Shown: piece by piece, positions 1 to 14,339 of the stretch
How positions within the stretch are numbered: position 1 is the first letter of the stretch
Layout: each line of letters starts with the position of its first letter
Assembly (NCBI GenBank): GCA_951406725.2
Contig: OX597818.1
Span: forward strand, 18,414,001 to 18,478,000
Direction of reading: 5' to 3'
Source of the DNA: Octopus vulgaris
Taxonomy: Eukaryota
Length of the DNA: 64,000 nucleotides
The notes under the pieces: generated by a model
What the model was told of the DNA's origin: nothing
The model's input: the letters and a program-made list of their open reading frames with translations, nothing else
Databases searched by the model: none
Made by a program: the position numbers and the translations under genes

Positions 1-660
1 ATGTATATATATATATGTATATATATATATGTATATATGTATATATATAAATATATATGTATGTATGTATATATATATATACATCTATGCGAGGCAATAT
101 ATATATATATGCGTATCTAATGCGCGTGAGTGTGTGTATGTGTGTCTGTATGTGTGTGTGTATATGTGTTTATGTATGTGTGTGCCTGTGTGTGTGTGTG
201 TATCAATGTATTTAAGTTTGTATGTATTTTGATACGTATGTTTTTATGTTCGCTTTTCTTTCAGGTTTGTTTAATTGCTTTTCACAAAACCAATAGGTTA
301 TATACAAGTAACAAGGCTTCGACGTTTGCTTTAAGAGAATTCTTGAGATTTGAGATTTGCAATTATACGAATGATTAAATGTTTGTGTTTTATATGCCTG
401 CATGTGTGGAAATATCTGAAGTCTTGTGATAGGCGTACTTGATACTTCTGTAGATAACTTTACGTAATTAATTGTCATTTACGTATGTATACCAGATGCA
501 TATATATGAATGTGAATATATATTCATAACCAGAAATTGATATAGCACATCTTTGGACACTAACTAATTTTCATTGTGTTCGTAATCTACTCGAGTTAGT
601 TTAATTTGTCCTTTGAAAACTCCCAAATCTTCAGGGTTTTACAAAATTCTATTATTATAT

Positions 661-865
661 AATGTGAGGTATACTAGCCATCTCAATATGGCTAACCACT
701 AAGGGTGGGTGTTACTGTAGCTTGTAGCCCTACGAGGACATCGTCTCCAGCTGGCTTTAGGCACACTTTCTCCAGCTGGAGACGATGTTCTCCTGGGGCT
801 ACAAGCTACAGTAACACCCACCCTTAGTGGTTAGCCATATTGAGATGGCTAGTATACCTCACATT
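661..865. repeat. Long fold-back: 94-bp arms, 17-nt spacer
   Basis: 661-754 (aatgtgagg...ccagctgg) is the reverse complement of 772-865 with 3 mismatches. Confidence 0.95.
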
Positions 866-1290
866 GTCGTGCAGTTACTGTTTACATTTCGTTCAGAGAT
901 TTATTATTGCTTATTATTATATATAGCCCGGTGTTTACTATGATAATTGATAAAATGGGAATCCTCAAGCAAGTTGCATGAGCTGTATGACCCGCATTCT
1001 CCCACAATATTTGTTCTCTACAACTTTTGACAAAGTATTCACATTCGTCGGGCAACATACGTGGCACATTGTTAATAGAAAGAAAACAAATGATATCATT
1101 ATGCAATAGAAAGTGACTCCGAGTGTGAGAAAGTGATCATGCTCTGAGATATGCAGAGTCAAAAAGGCAGGAAGATTAGAATAAACGAGATATCACCTGA
1201 GTGATGTATCCGGCTCAATAGACAATAATTTATCTCTAAAAAAAATCAATTCAAATATAGAAAGAGGGACAAGCAAGACATCGATTTCAA

Positions 1291-1486
1291 ATTTTGACAC
1301 TGGGCTAGAAATTTCGGGGAGGGTATAAGTCGATCACATTGAATCCTAGTGCACAAATTGTATTTATTTTATCGAAAGGATGAAAAGCAAAGTCGATTTC
1401 AGGGGAATTTCGATTCAGAACGTTTGGACGGACGAAATATCGCTAAGTATTTTGCCCGACGCGCTATTTTACCAGCTCGCTGCCTT
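1291..1486 (-). mobile_element. Degenerate tRNA-derived SINE, family A
   Basis: Similar to the family A consensus ggcggcgagctgg...gttctgagttcaaattcc...ctttcatcctttcg seen many times in the window. Confidence 0.75.
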
Positions 1487-1603
1487 AAACAACATATATA
1501 TTGAGATGGAAAATAATAGCAAGGTATAAAAACAAAAAAATAAGTATCTTGAAAATAATTTAAAAAGAAACAAACATATACACAACCGAACTCTCAGGAC
1601 TTA

Positions 1604-1758
1604 TAGGCGTGGCTGAGTGGCAATAAGTTTGGTTCCCAACCAAATCGTTCCGGGTTTAGGCCCACTGCATGGCATCTTGGACAAGTGTCTTCTACTATAG
1701 CCTCGGGTCGACAAAGCCTTGTGCTTGGATTTAGTTAACAGAAACTGAAAAAAGTCCG

Positions 1759-1760
<2 letters not shown>
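1604..1760 (+). mobile_element. SINE family B head (tRNA + CORE-like domain; octopus OR-type)
   Basis: tggctgagtggcaataag A-box, ccgggtttagg B-box-like, ggcatcttggacaagtgtc CORE-like motif, then (TA)n. Confidence 0.8.
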
Positions 1761-1827
<67 letters not shown>

Positions 1828-1898
1828 CATACTTACATATGCACACACACACATACACACACATACACACACATACACACACACACACATACACACAT

Positions 1899-1935
<37 letters not shown>

Positions 1936-2064
1936 CACTGACCTCATATGTTGAAGAATATTTTCAATAAAAGAAATACAGGAAAAAATACTGTATACAT
2001 CCTAAATTATACAAAGATCCACCCGACTAACTTATTTTGCATTCAACATGATTACTGATGCCGT

Positions 2065-2640
2065 TCTTTTTGTGGTTATGATGGTGTCTGAAGGAGTGGT
2101 TGTCCTTTCCTCCTGTGCTGTGGACAGAAATCCTTGAAATGGTTTGTTTCACATCTCAAGTGACACCTTGGCTTTCTGTCCTCAACAACTACGTACAATT
2201 TCGAGCTACCTAACAACTGGATCAAAACCGGGATGGATTCCATTCCATCTTGATCCGTTTGGATATATAACTCGATACTTTGTCCCAATGCATTTTGATT
2301 TTGTAACCTTTGTAACCTTCAGAATGTAACCTTCAGAATGTTAATTCTGTGCAACCTGTAGTAGAGGAACTCCGCCACCAACCAGCAGATAATTTTACTA
2401 TCTGGCTACCAGAACAGCCAACTGCTCCTTGGGTGTGCTTTATTACATTTCTTTTTTCATAAAGAAGTAACATGGCCATTATAAAGATTCAAAATTAGCC
2501 CCGAAAAGGATGCTGTTTGGCTTAATAACAAAATAGCAAAACAAAGACTAAAATCATTTTCTTCAATACGATGTATTTCACTCGAAAACACGGTAGCAGC
2601 TGATTCGGCGGCACTTGCACTCAGAATGTAAAGTCAGAAG
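2065..2640 (-). mobile_element. Possible non-LTR (L1/Tx1-like) ORF1 remnant with degenerate CCHC knuckle
   Basis: ORF 2076-2288 contains VVVEDRKPRCHLRCETNHFKDFCP. Confidence 0.35.
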
Positions 2641-2694
2641 AAATTCCACGAAGCATTTTGTCCTGCGCGGTAACGAAGTTCTCAGTTATCCGCC

Positions 2695-2762
<68 letters not shown>

Positions 2763-2763
<1 letters not shown>

Positions 2764-4219
2764 GACGTTTAAGATGTAAGAACGATAAAACAGAGCTCCG
2801 AAATCTATCCACAAACATCGAAAACAAGTACATCGTATGGAGCCAAAGATTTCCTAACAAAGGATTGGACTGTATCCGAGTAAGTAATACTCATTGAAAT
2901 TTATTACTATTTTCGAAACGAAATGACGTATGTTGACTCGATATCATCTCCACCTCTAACACAATACATGTAAACATGCGGGGAACATTACGATCCATCA
3001 ACACCAGATCATCCCCGACCCCAATCACCAATGTACAAAGGAACTACGAAGAAATTAAACCCAAGAATAACAATCGGGAGGTACGTACTTTAAACTTACA
3101 ACACAAAATGAACGAAAAACTACACGTGCAAAACAATGTGACAACAGAAATGAACGGACCGGTACCCTACGAAAATGACGACCGTCAAAATAATGGGCCG
3201 GACGTTGTTCCTCATGTCCCGCAAATAAAATCCAAAAGACATAAATGGACACGTGAGGAATACATTTCTATCCTACACGCATACTTCACAGCAGTGCTCT
3301 ACTCAAAAAATGAAAACCCAACAACACATACATATAAAATATGGAAGGAAAATAACATAAATATAGACTTGGATACAGTAATGAACCCTAATAAACTAGC
3401 TAACGTACGAAGATACATTCTCAACGCAAAAAAATATCAGAAATAGAAATAGAACATCTGAAAGAAAAAATACACCAGAAAAATGTAGATAGAAGCCACA
3501 CAACAATGCCCAATAATATAAACACTGAAACAGTAAAACACGAAGACAAACGTAACACTTCCAACAAACACGATGTAAACAAATAACAACAAACCCAGAC
3601 CGTAAGGATGCATAATAATACACGACAAACAGCAAGCCAAAACACGGTAAACAAACATATAAATAAGAAAGAAAGCAACACAAATCTAAAACCTGGAAAC
3701 AACGAAGGGCAGCCTAATGGTTATGATAATATAAAAAGTAAAATAATCAAAGAACTGAAAACCACAGAGCTCAAAATGGACCACCGACCATACCTCCCAA
3801 AAATCAAAATAAACGAAACAACAACACCAATTATAAACAGCATAAACCTAGCCGTCACGGAACTAATAAGCTCTGAAACAAAAAGCGATATCACTGAGCT
3901 AAATGACTTAGTATACGCAGCAGCCACTGCAGTCACAAAAGAAGCTGGATACTCACTCAAACCCATCCAAACAGGAGTACCACCACCCAAACAAACCCTG
4001 TGGATAAATAACGTCCAAAACAAAATACAAAAAAGGAGAACATAATTTTCGTTTTTTTCTCTTTTTTTTTTTAGATATTTACTAGTACAACCCCCCCGCC
4101 CCCCACAAATATATGGCACACTAGGCATAACAACAACATGAACTTCCAACCTGTTGTCTCTTGAGGTCTCTGGGTGAGACTTGAAGCCAACTTGTACAAA
4201 TATAAAGCAAAAGTCAAAC

Positions 4220-4221
<2 letters not shown>
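2763..4221 (+). mobile_element. Internally deleted R4/Dong-type non-LTR element (N-terminal ORF joined to a 3'-UTR-like end)
   Basis: ORFs 2976-3446 (KRHKWTREEYISILHAYF) and 3608-4045 (ITELNDLVYAAATAV...W) resemble the R4/Dong N-terminus; flanked by (AAT)n at 2696-2762 and 4222-4356. Confidence 0.75.
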
Positions 4222-4279
<58 letters not shown>

Positions 4280-4389
4280 TAATAATAATAACAACAACAA
4301 CAATAATAATGATAATAATAATAATAATAATAAGAAGAAGAACAACAATAATAATATGAATAATATAGTTGCTAGTTGTATATTATAAT

Positions 4390-6386
4390 AGAGTTAGCAA
4401 CTACAGACCAATCACTTACCATTAGTGTGGAAACATTTACGAGCACCTTGACAACCAGGATTTACTGCCAGAAGAACAGAAAGCTTGCAAGAGAAAGGAT
4501 AGAGGAACGCATGATCTATTATACATAGACAAAGCAGTTCTAAATGAAGAAAAAGCTAGAAAAGGAAAATCTAGCAATAGCATGGATAGATTATACGAAA
4601 GACACGATCCCACACTCATGGATAAGTGAGTATTTGAGTATATTCAGCATAGCAGACAACATAAGAGAATTAATTAGCTGCAGCATGAAGAAATAGAAAG
4701 TAGATCTCTATTCAGGTGACACACTTTTAGGGAATGTTAATGTGAAAAATGGAATTTTCCAGGGGGTCTCGTTGTCTTCTTTAATATTTGTGTTATGTTT
4801 GATACCCCCAGTTTAGTATTAAGGAAGGTAAAGGCAGAGTATAATTTCAGAAATTGTAAGGGAAAAATTAACCATTTGCTTTTTAGTAAGAATGAAAAAG
4901 AGATAAATTCTTTAATACAGACTGTAAGACTCTTCAGCATGGAATTTGGTATTGATAAGTGTGCAGTATTAGTCATGAGAAGGGGACAGGTAGTCAACAG
5001 CGAAGGCATGTAATCACCAGATGGTCAGACGTTAAAAATCATTAAAAGGAGAGAGTTTTAAGTATTTAGGAGTATTAGAATCTGACAGGGTACTAACAAC
5101 AGAAATGAAAACGAAATTTGACAAGGAGTACATCACAAGGGTAAGAAAGCTAATGAAGTCAAAGCTAAATGGTCCGAATTTAGTGAAGGCTGTAAATACT
5201 TGGGAAGTATCGTTATTTAGATACACTGCAGCTTTTGTAGATTAGACAAAAACTGAATTAGCGATGCTAGAGAGAAAAGCTAGGGAAGGAATTCAATATG
5301 AATGTACGACTCCGCCCAAGGACAGGAGTAGCAAGATTATACCTACCTACAAAAGATGGCGGAAGAGGTTTAATATCAGTAGAAAATTGCGGAGAATTAG
5401 CTGGAGTAAATATAGACTTCTATGAAGAAAGTTTATTAAAAGCTACTAGAGTCACAGGAAGACATAGGGAGGCCAAAAGCCCAAACGAATTTAAAAACCA
5501 GCAAAAAGAACAGCAATTATTTGACTGGCTTTGCATGGTAGATTTCCAAAACTAGTTGCAGCAAATAGTAGTAGTAAGACATTGTTATGGTTGCAGAAAG
5601 GATAACTGAAGAGGGAGACAGAAAGTTTGTTAGTAGTTGCACAAGATTAAGCAATAAGGACTAATTGCATAAAAGCCAAGACAGTCAAAAACCAAGTACA
5701 TTCCCAATGTAAATTATGCAAATCAAAAGAGGAAAGCGCTACTCATATAGTAAGTGAATATAGCATGCTGGCATAGAAAGAATACAAGAAAATATATGAC
5801 AATCTAGGGACAGCAATCCACTGGGAGCTATGTAGAAAGCTAGAATTTGAACATACTGATAAATGGTATGAACATGAACATAGTAAACTACTAGAAAGTA
5901 AGAGATATAAGATGTTGTGAGACTTAAACATTCAGACTGACACAGTAATAGAGGCTAGAAAGCGTAATTTGCTAGTAGTAGATAAAGAGAATAGGAGGTG
6001 CAGATAATTGACTTTACAGTCCCAAATGATGAAAACATTAATATGCGAAGTATAGAAAAAATAGCAAAGTACCAGGACCTAGCTATTGAACTACAGAGAT
6101 TATGGAAAGTGCGGGTAAAATGTACACCAGTAGTTATAGGGCCATTGGGATCTATCCCTGAAAATTTGAACAGATGGATAGAGGAAATAGGTATAAAACT
6201 CAGTTTAGTACTGCTCAAGCGAATAGTGTTATTAGGGGCAGCGAGGATACTTAGGAGGGTACTTGGTATATAAAGTTACTTATTGTAGTCCGATAGGAGG
6301 ATTCTTGACACCTAAGGTTACTTGTTGTAGCCCGAGGTTAGGATTGTTTCTTTTCCAACAGTCTAATCCATTGGGTGTATATGAAA
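4390..6386 (+). mobile_element. 5'-truncated decayed R4/Dong non-LTR retrotransposon (RT + RLE)
   Basis: LLPEEQKAC, GIFQG, MEFGIDKCA, FKYLG, RLYLPTKDGGRGL, RLE motif IIDFTVP...KIAKYQDLAIEL...VVIGPLG; (AAT)n tail at 6387-6471. Confidence 0.9.
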
Positions 6387-6413
6387 ATAATAATAATGAT
6401 GATAATGATGATG

Positions 6414-6465
<52 letters not shown>

Positions 6466-6471
6466 TAATAA

Positions 6472-7020
<549 letters not shown>

Positions 7021-7553
7021 ACCACGATTGAACTTACAAAGTAATTAGTGCATTTGTTCGTACTTTTCCTATGTTACTTGTTAAGAATGAATATCCGTCT
7101 AAACTAGTTTGAAAATTCCTTTTCATGTAACTAACAGGTTTCCGTCGAGTGTATTTCAGAGTCACGCCTTTAACATCAAGATCCGTGTTTCATTCGTTGT
7201 TGAATATATCACGGATTATATAGAATGCACAATAATCTTGGAGTGAGCCCTTCCCTAAATCGTAGCCATATGATTATGTATGAAAAATATATACAGAGTT
7301 ACGTACTTACGTACGTATGTACAGATGTGTCTGCGCAAAACATTAATTCATTCATTCATTTATCCATACATTCATACACACATACTACATGCATGCATGC
7401 ATACACTCACCCCCCACATATAAGCGTATATATATGTATGTGTGCGTGTGTGTGTGTGTGTGTATAGGAGCGTGATCTCACTAAACCATCACCGTATATA
7501 TATGAGTGTATATAGGTAGTTACGTATTTACGTGACTATCTATCTATCTATCC

Positions 7554-7611
<58 letters not shown>

Positions 7612-7706
7612 TTCTCTCCTTTTCTCTCTCTTTTTATCATCTCACATACATACAAATGCAGGATATGGAAATACTCACAGGCCTAAGCTAATATATTTAG
7701 ACACCA

Positions 7707-7920
7707 AGACGGTGAGCTGGTAGAAACGTTAGCACGCCGGGCGAAACGTTTAGCGGTATTTCATCTGTCTTTACGTTCTGAGTTCAAATTCCGCCGAGCT
7801 CGACTTTGCTTTCATCCTTTCGGTGTCAATAAATTAAGTATCAGTTGCCCACTGGGGTCGATCTAATCGACTGGCTCCCCGCCCAAAATTTTGGGCCTTG
7901 TGCCAAGAGTAGAAAAGAAT
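7707..7920 (+). mobile_element. Full-length family A SINE
   Basis: ggtgagctggtagaaacgttagc...gttctgagttcaaattccgccgag...ggccttgtgcc...gtagaaaagaat. Confidence 0.85.
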
Positions 7921-8591
7921 ATATTTAGATACCACGATCTGAGGAATGCATTATAACTGACACGAAAAATATCAGATAAAAAAATCCAAAAATGAAAACG
8001 CTCCTGCATGCTGGAGCAATTCAAAAGTGAAAATTCCGTAAGAATTTGATAAGAACATGCAGTTAAATTCCGCATTCTAATACTTAATGAACCTCACAAG
8101 CCAAGTAATTCTTTTCATCTTATATTTCCTACATACTGAAGCAACTATTATTAACTCCTTACAACCTTTCTGAGGTCTGACAACCTGTTAACGGAATAAT
8201 GAATACATATATGCTATTTTGAATCATTATTGATCTCAGTTGAGCTGACTATCGTAGTTTTATGTGTACACACACCTGCACACATATGCAAACATGTGCA
8301 TGCACATACGATATACATTTCATTATAGACACACTAAACACACAGTCACACACATGCATACAAACACGTGTGTGAATGTGTGTGTGTGTGAGTGTGCCTG
8401 CGTGTGTGTCTATGTGTGTATGTATATATATATATATATATTAAAGTTAATTTTTATGTTCATTTATAATGAAAACGATTTCACATTAATCTGATGGGTT
8501 ACTCTATACTTTGTGGAGTACAAATATATTATTCGTATACAAGAATGCTGTTGACAGTGACTTCGGAGCTTTGGCCGGCTGAGCCATCGTC

Positions 8592-8682
<91 letters not shown>

Positions 8683-8833
8683 ATACATACAGTGAGAAAG
8701 AGGGGTGAAGAGAGAAAGTGAAAGAGTGAGTAAGAGAGGGTGAGAGAGAAAGAAAGTTAGATAGATAGAGAGAAAGTGAGAGGGAGAGAGAGAGGGGGAA
8801 AGAGAGAGAAACAGACTTACATACATACATATA

Positions 8834-10430
8834 TACAGACATGGCAGAAGTAAATAGACACCCCATAAAACATTGTTTAATGCTTATTTTAACTTGAAAA
8901 GGTTCATATTTTTCATTAATTGACATTTTTTTGTTTCAGTCATTTGACTGCGGCCATGCTGGAGTACTGCATTTAGTCGAGCAAATCGACCCAGGACTCA
9001 TTCTTTGTAAGCCTAGTACTTATTCTATCGATCTCTCTTGCCGAACCGCTAAGTTACGGGGACATCGGTTGTCAAGCGATATTGGGGGGGGGGGCAAATA
9101 CAGACACACAAACATATACATACAGATATATATATATGACGGGCTTCTTTCAGTTTCCGTCTACCAAATCCACTCACAAAGCTTTGGTCGGCCCTAGACT
9201 ATACAAGAAGACACCCAAGGTGCTACGCAGTGGGACTCAACCCGGAACCATGCGGTTGGTAAGCAAGCTACTTACCACACAGCCAGGTTCTATATGTGAC
9301 TTTTATAATCATGCCACATACAAAAGATGGCTTGGAACTGTCCGAAATTCAAAGAGACCGTATTGTGAGTTAGTCTCAAGGTGGAACTTGTCAGAGTAAA
9401 ATCGCAGAAAACCTTGGGATCCCATTTTCTACAGCCAATAGTGTGATTGTGCAATTCACTGGGGATGGCAAGGAGTCCACACTACCTCGCCCAGGTCGAC
9501 CAGGGACCTCTGACAGGACCCTTCACTTTGTTACGTGAAGTGTGGAGGACAATCCTCGTTCCAAGGCATCTGACATAGCAGCTCAAGTTGATATCAATCC
9601 CAGAACACTGACAGGTATCTCTACAAACTTGGCTACTAAGGCAGAGCAACAAGTCGGAAGCCACTTTTTCGACCAGCTAATATCGAACGGAGAAGGGACT
9701 GGGCCAGTGAGATAGTAGCGAGGCCACTAGCATTAGGACACTGTCATATTCTTTCACGAGTCCAAATTTACTGTATTTTCTGACAGTGGTTGAGTGTGGG
9801 TCTGGAGACTATGTGATCAAGAATTTGACGTGAAAAGACTGCAGCCAACAATGAAATACGCGGTTATGCCGCGATGGTCGGGGGATCAATTTGGTGCAAC
9901 GGTCTATCAGAGCTGGTGGAGTGTGAGGCAAACATAAACTGAGATAAATATGTGTTCATGTTGTAGAAAGGACTTCTTCCAATCTTCCCCAGTGGTGAAA
10001 GGATTAAAGAAGTCTCTTTATTTATGGAAGATGGAACTCCTTGTCACACGGCTAAAAAGACCCAAGGCTGGTTGGAAGAGAACGGCATTAAAAAGCTTCT
10101 GTGGCCAAGCTAGTCACCAGATATGAACCCTATTCGACACTTCTGGGCCATAATGAACAGAACACTTCATAAAAAGATCAAAGCATACCCAAAGCCAGGT
10201 CTTTTGAGATTACTGCATGAAACTTGGCAAGAAATTCCTCAAAAGAATATTCGCCATCTGATCAGTAGTATACCTAATAGGGCCCTTTCATTGAAAAATA
10301 TAAAGGGCATGTCTACTAAATATTAGATATTCACATTATAATAATTAATAAATATTTTGAATGTATAATTTCAGATTTAAATTAATTTTAACGAGTACAA
10401 GGGTTTCGATTTACTTCTGTCATGTCTGTG
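8834..10430 (+). mobile_element. Decayed Tc1-like DNA transposon with TIRs, interrupted by a SINE
   Basis: Left TIR tacagacatggcagaagtaaat, right TIR atttacttctgtcatgtctgtg|TA; transposase remnants MEDGTPCH, WPS*SPDMNPI, W...IP...IRHLISSIPNR. Confidence 0.85.
8930..9285 (-). mobile_element. Family B SINE inserted in the Tc1 element
   Basis: Head, internal TA/CA tract and tail ...cagcatggccgcagtcaaatgactgaaac. Confidence 0.85.
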
Positions 10431-10787
10431 TATGTATATGTATCCGAAAAATATATATGTCTATATTACGAAAAGATGAAAGACAAAGACGACCCGATTG
10501 GGATTTAATTTCAAGGTGCGAAGGACACGGACAAATATTGCATTGTTATTGGACAAATATTGCATTGTTATTGCACTGTTAATGGACTGAGACATGTATA
10601 TCTAGGTGAATATAAGTGAATAAAGCCATCATTATATATGTATATGTATGTATTTCTGCGATGTTAATGTGTATCAGTGTCTATTTAACTATGAATATAT
10701 GCTTTCAGTAGGGCGGCAAGTTAGCAGAATCGTTAGCCTGCCGGGCAAAATGCTTGACGGCATACATGCATTCATTCATATATATAT

Positions 10788-11065
10788 CACGTGATCACGT
10801 GACCGACCAGACCATCAGATGTTGCTACACATCGCTGGTCACAATGCATTCGCATTGTTTTAGCCTTTGAATGACGCCACCCCGCTGGCTAAGCGAGCAG
10901 GCCAACAGAAGAAAGATTGGGAGAAAGAGTGGTGAAAAAGTACAGCAGGGATCACCACCCCCAGCCGGAGCGTCGTGGAGCTTTTAGGTGTTTTCGCTCA
11001 ATAAACACTCACAACGCCCGGTCTGAGAATCGAAACCGCGATCCTACGACCATTGTGCCTCCACT
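10788..11065 (-). mobile_element. tRNA-derived SINE, family C type
   Basis: B-box ggtttcgattc on minus strand; related copy at 52006-52270. Confidence 0.7.
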
Positions 11066-11116
11066 ATATATATATATATATATACACAAACACAGACACA
11101 CGCACGCACACACACA

Positions 11117-11193
<77 letters not shown>

Positions 11194-11196
<3 letters not shown>

Positions 11197-11396
11197 ATGG
11201 TTGTCTACACCTTATGCAGAGTCCGACCACCTCTTGTACTTACACCGTAGATCTATCATGGCGTCTGATGTGTCTTTTTAAAGCAGACAATGTTTTGAAG
11301 AGACACCCACATAAATTGCATATCTGCTCTGGACCACCAAGAGCTGCAGTTAAGTTCTAATCTTTGTGGATCTTAAAATATCTTTTGAAGCCTCCG

Positions 11397-11399
<3 letters not shown>
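11194..11399 (-). mobile_element. RTE-type LINE 3' fragment with C2H2 finger
   Basis: Minus strand reads ICNLCGCLFKTLSALKRHIRRH then a short tail; parallels the 3' end of the RTE at 39291-40440. Confidence 0.55.
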
Positions 11400-11485
<86 letters not shown>

Positions 11486-11669
11486 CGTGTGTGCGTGTGT
11501 GTGTGTTTATGCCTCTTTCCACATGTATTTACTAAACATGAAATCTTAGTAAACCTGCTTCGTGAAGATTACCCATCTCCGCCATTTACATGGCTATCCA
11601 CAAGGAAGGCGTCGGCATTCACCTGGCTAATTTAGGACCGATCGTAGGTAAACACCCATCAGCGAGTTG

Positions 11670-12005
11670 GTCTTGAAAGATTTTTTAGTTGATTGAATCG
11701 ACCCAAGTACTTATTCTATCGATCTGTTTTGTCGAACCGCAATGTTACAGGAACGTAAACATGCCATCACCGGTTGTCACGCCGTGGTGGGGGACAAACA
11801 TTGACACAAAAACACACATACACGCACAACACACACCCACAAGCACCCACCCACACACAGATAGAATCACCCCCCCACTAAATCTAGTCACAAGGCTTTG
11901 GTCAGCTCGAGGTTAAAGTAGAAGACAGTTGTTCAAGATGCCATGCGGAGGGACCGAACCTGGAACTATGTGGTTGGGAAGCAAGCTTCTTACAATACAC
12001 CCATG
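11670..12005 (-). mobile_element. Family B SINE (diverged)
   Basis: Head/CORE-like and tail motifs. Confidence 0.75.
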
Positions 12006-12902
12006 GCAAAGATAATAGCTGAAGTCACCTTTAAAACCCACTCTAAACAGCAAAAAAGAAGGGTGCATTGGACAATAGAGTGTTGCGTATATAAATACAC
12101 AGAGTAGTATTTGGCGGAATAAGTCTACTGGATTAGCGATGGTCTAGGGCTATATAACTGCCACAACAGGAATATTGAAGGTAAAATAACAACAAAAGTG
12201 GCATCAAAGAAAAACAATTATAACGATTATACTTAGAGCCTTACTTACGTACCGTACGTAATTAGGACAAAGTCAACGATTAATCACCATTGCAAACTGA
12301 CACACATATAACCCTCCTTTGACGGAAGTAGTCACTAATGACAGTCAAGCTACCTACAGCTCAGCTTTTTGGAGTGACAGTAGATCACTCTTGTTTGGCC
12401 TAATTGTGTTAACCTGTAACATCAATGACGAATACCGATATAAGTCACCGATCGAAATCCGCTTCCAGTCTAAGCATTGATAGGTGCCATTTTCAAAACC
12501 GGAAAAGAAATCCCAACCCTAAATAACAACAAAGCAAATGAAAGCAATAAAATCAAGAGCAACGACAATTACAATGCTATATTGATGATGTATATTAACG
12601 ACGAAAGACGATAGAGCAACTATATGGACATATGAACATCACTTTTGTCATGTTTGATGTTACGTTCCACTAAATTCAAACATAAATAATTGTATAATTA
12701 ATGTTCTCCCATGACTAATAACATAAAGAATCCTAAGCATTATATTTATATGGATATCTGTTTGTGTTCGAGTGTGCGTATGTGGGCTCGTCAGTGTATG
12801 TAAGTATGTGTGTCCGTGCGTAGTATATATATACATATATGGGTGTATCTGTGTGGTATATGTAGGCATGTGTATGTGTAAATATAGATGGTATCTGCGT
12901 TA

Positions 12903-12966
<64 letters not shown>

Positions 12967-13099
12967 ATGTCTGTATGTGTGTACATATGTATACATTTAT
13001 GCATATATTTATGAAGGTATGTTTATATGCGTATGTGTTTACTCTTATACTTTCTTTTTGGTTTCCGCCATAAGGCCATGCTCATATATATCTTTTTTT

Positions 13100-13474
13100 T
13101 TTTACTTGTTTCAATCATTTTGATTGCGGCCATGCTGGAGCACCGCCTTTAATCGAGCAACTCGACCCCGGGACTTATTGTGAGCCCAGTACTTATTCTA
13201 TCGGTCTCTTTTGCCGAACCGCTAAGTGACGGGGACATAAACACACCAGCATCGGTTGTCAAGTAATGCTAGAAGGACAAACACAGACACACAAACATAC
13301 ACGCACATACATATATATACATATATACAACGGGATTCTTTCAGTTTCCGTCTACCAAATCCACTCACAAGGCTTTGGTAGAAGACACTTGCTCAAGGTG
13401 CCACGCAGTGGGACTGAACCCGAAACCATGTGGTTGGTAAGCAAGCTACTTACCACACAGCCACTCCTGCGCCT
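13100..13474 (-). mobile_element. Full-length family B SINE
   Basis: Reverse complement begins ggcgcaggagtggctgtgtggtaag; ends tgaaacaagtaaaa. Confidence 0.9.
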
Positions 13475-13873
13475 ATGTGTATGTTTATGTATATGTATCT
13501 TTTATCTCTTACTTGTTTCAATCATTGGATTGCGCCCATGGTGGGGAACTATCTTCTATGTGTATATGTGTGACTGTTTTGTGCGTGTGTGTGTATGTGT
13601 GTTTGTGCGTGTGTGTATGTGTTTGAGCGTGTGAGCATGTGCTTTTGTTTGTTTCCGCACGTATGATTTTAACTTTTCTAATTTCAGCGATGCAGATTCT
13701 CTGCTCAACTTTCTCTGTCATGATCAGTGCGACGATCACACGCTACACGCGTTTCTTCCAAGCTCTGCTGTAAACAGCAGAAGTTAGCTAGAACGCTAAA
13801 ACTTAGTGTGCATGCGCATAAGAGTTCAAGGTCAACTTGTGCCAAGCCGCTTTACTCTGCATGCCTTAGCTTC

Positions 13874-13887
13874 GTTACTATAGCAAC
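13874..13887. promoter_or_regulatory. RFX X-box match in a unique island
   Basis: GTTACTATAGCAAC fits GTHNYY-AT-RRNAAC; AGTTCA-AGGTCA at 13823-13834 nearby. Confidence 0.4.
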
Positions 13888-13962
13888 TCTACAGATGCTT
13901 ATTGATCAAACTTCGAATATATGTGTGTGTATATATACACACATATATATATGCATATATAT

Positions 13963-14027
<65 letters not shown>

Positions 14028-14339
14028 AAAACCATTCAACATAATTATGATGAATGGTTTTCTAGAATGGTATATGATTATAAAATCACCAACTTAAAGC
14101 TGGTGTGCCATGCAGAAGCAAATGTGTTGTAGTATCAAAACTTGTTATCTTCCATCTTCGTGTTAAAAATATTCTAGTGTTACTTTTATGTAAAGAGGAG
14201 TTCTGCATGTCTATCCAGCTCTGGAATAAATTGAGATTGCCAAATATCGACATAAGAATTCTTAAATGCACGTTTCGAGCTTTTCCTTCACATTATGCTA
14301 TATTTATATATATATATAGTATTCGTTTTGAGGGAAGGT

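Noticed and set aside
690-840. Twister- or HDV-like ribozyme in the palindrome arms (ggctacaagc, tcctcgt)
   Set aside because: The required P1-P4 and pseudoknot pairings could not be assembled.
7707-7800. tRNA genes at A/B-box motifs
   Set aside because: No cloverleaf; these are SINE heads continuing into SINE bodies.
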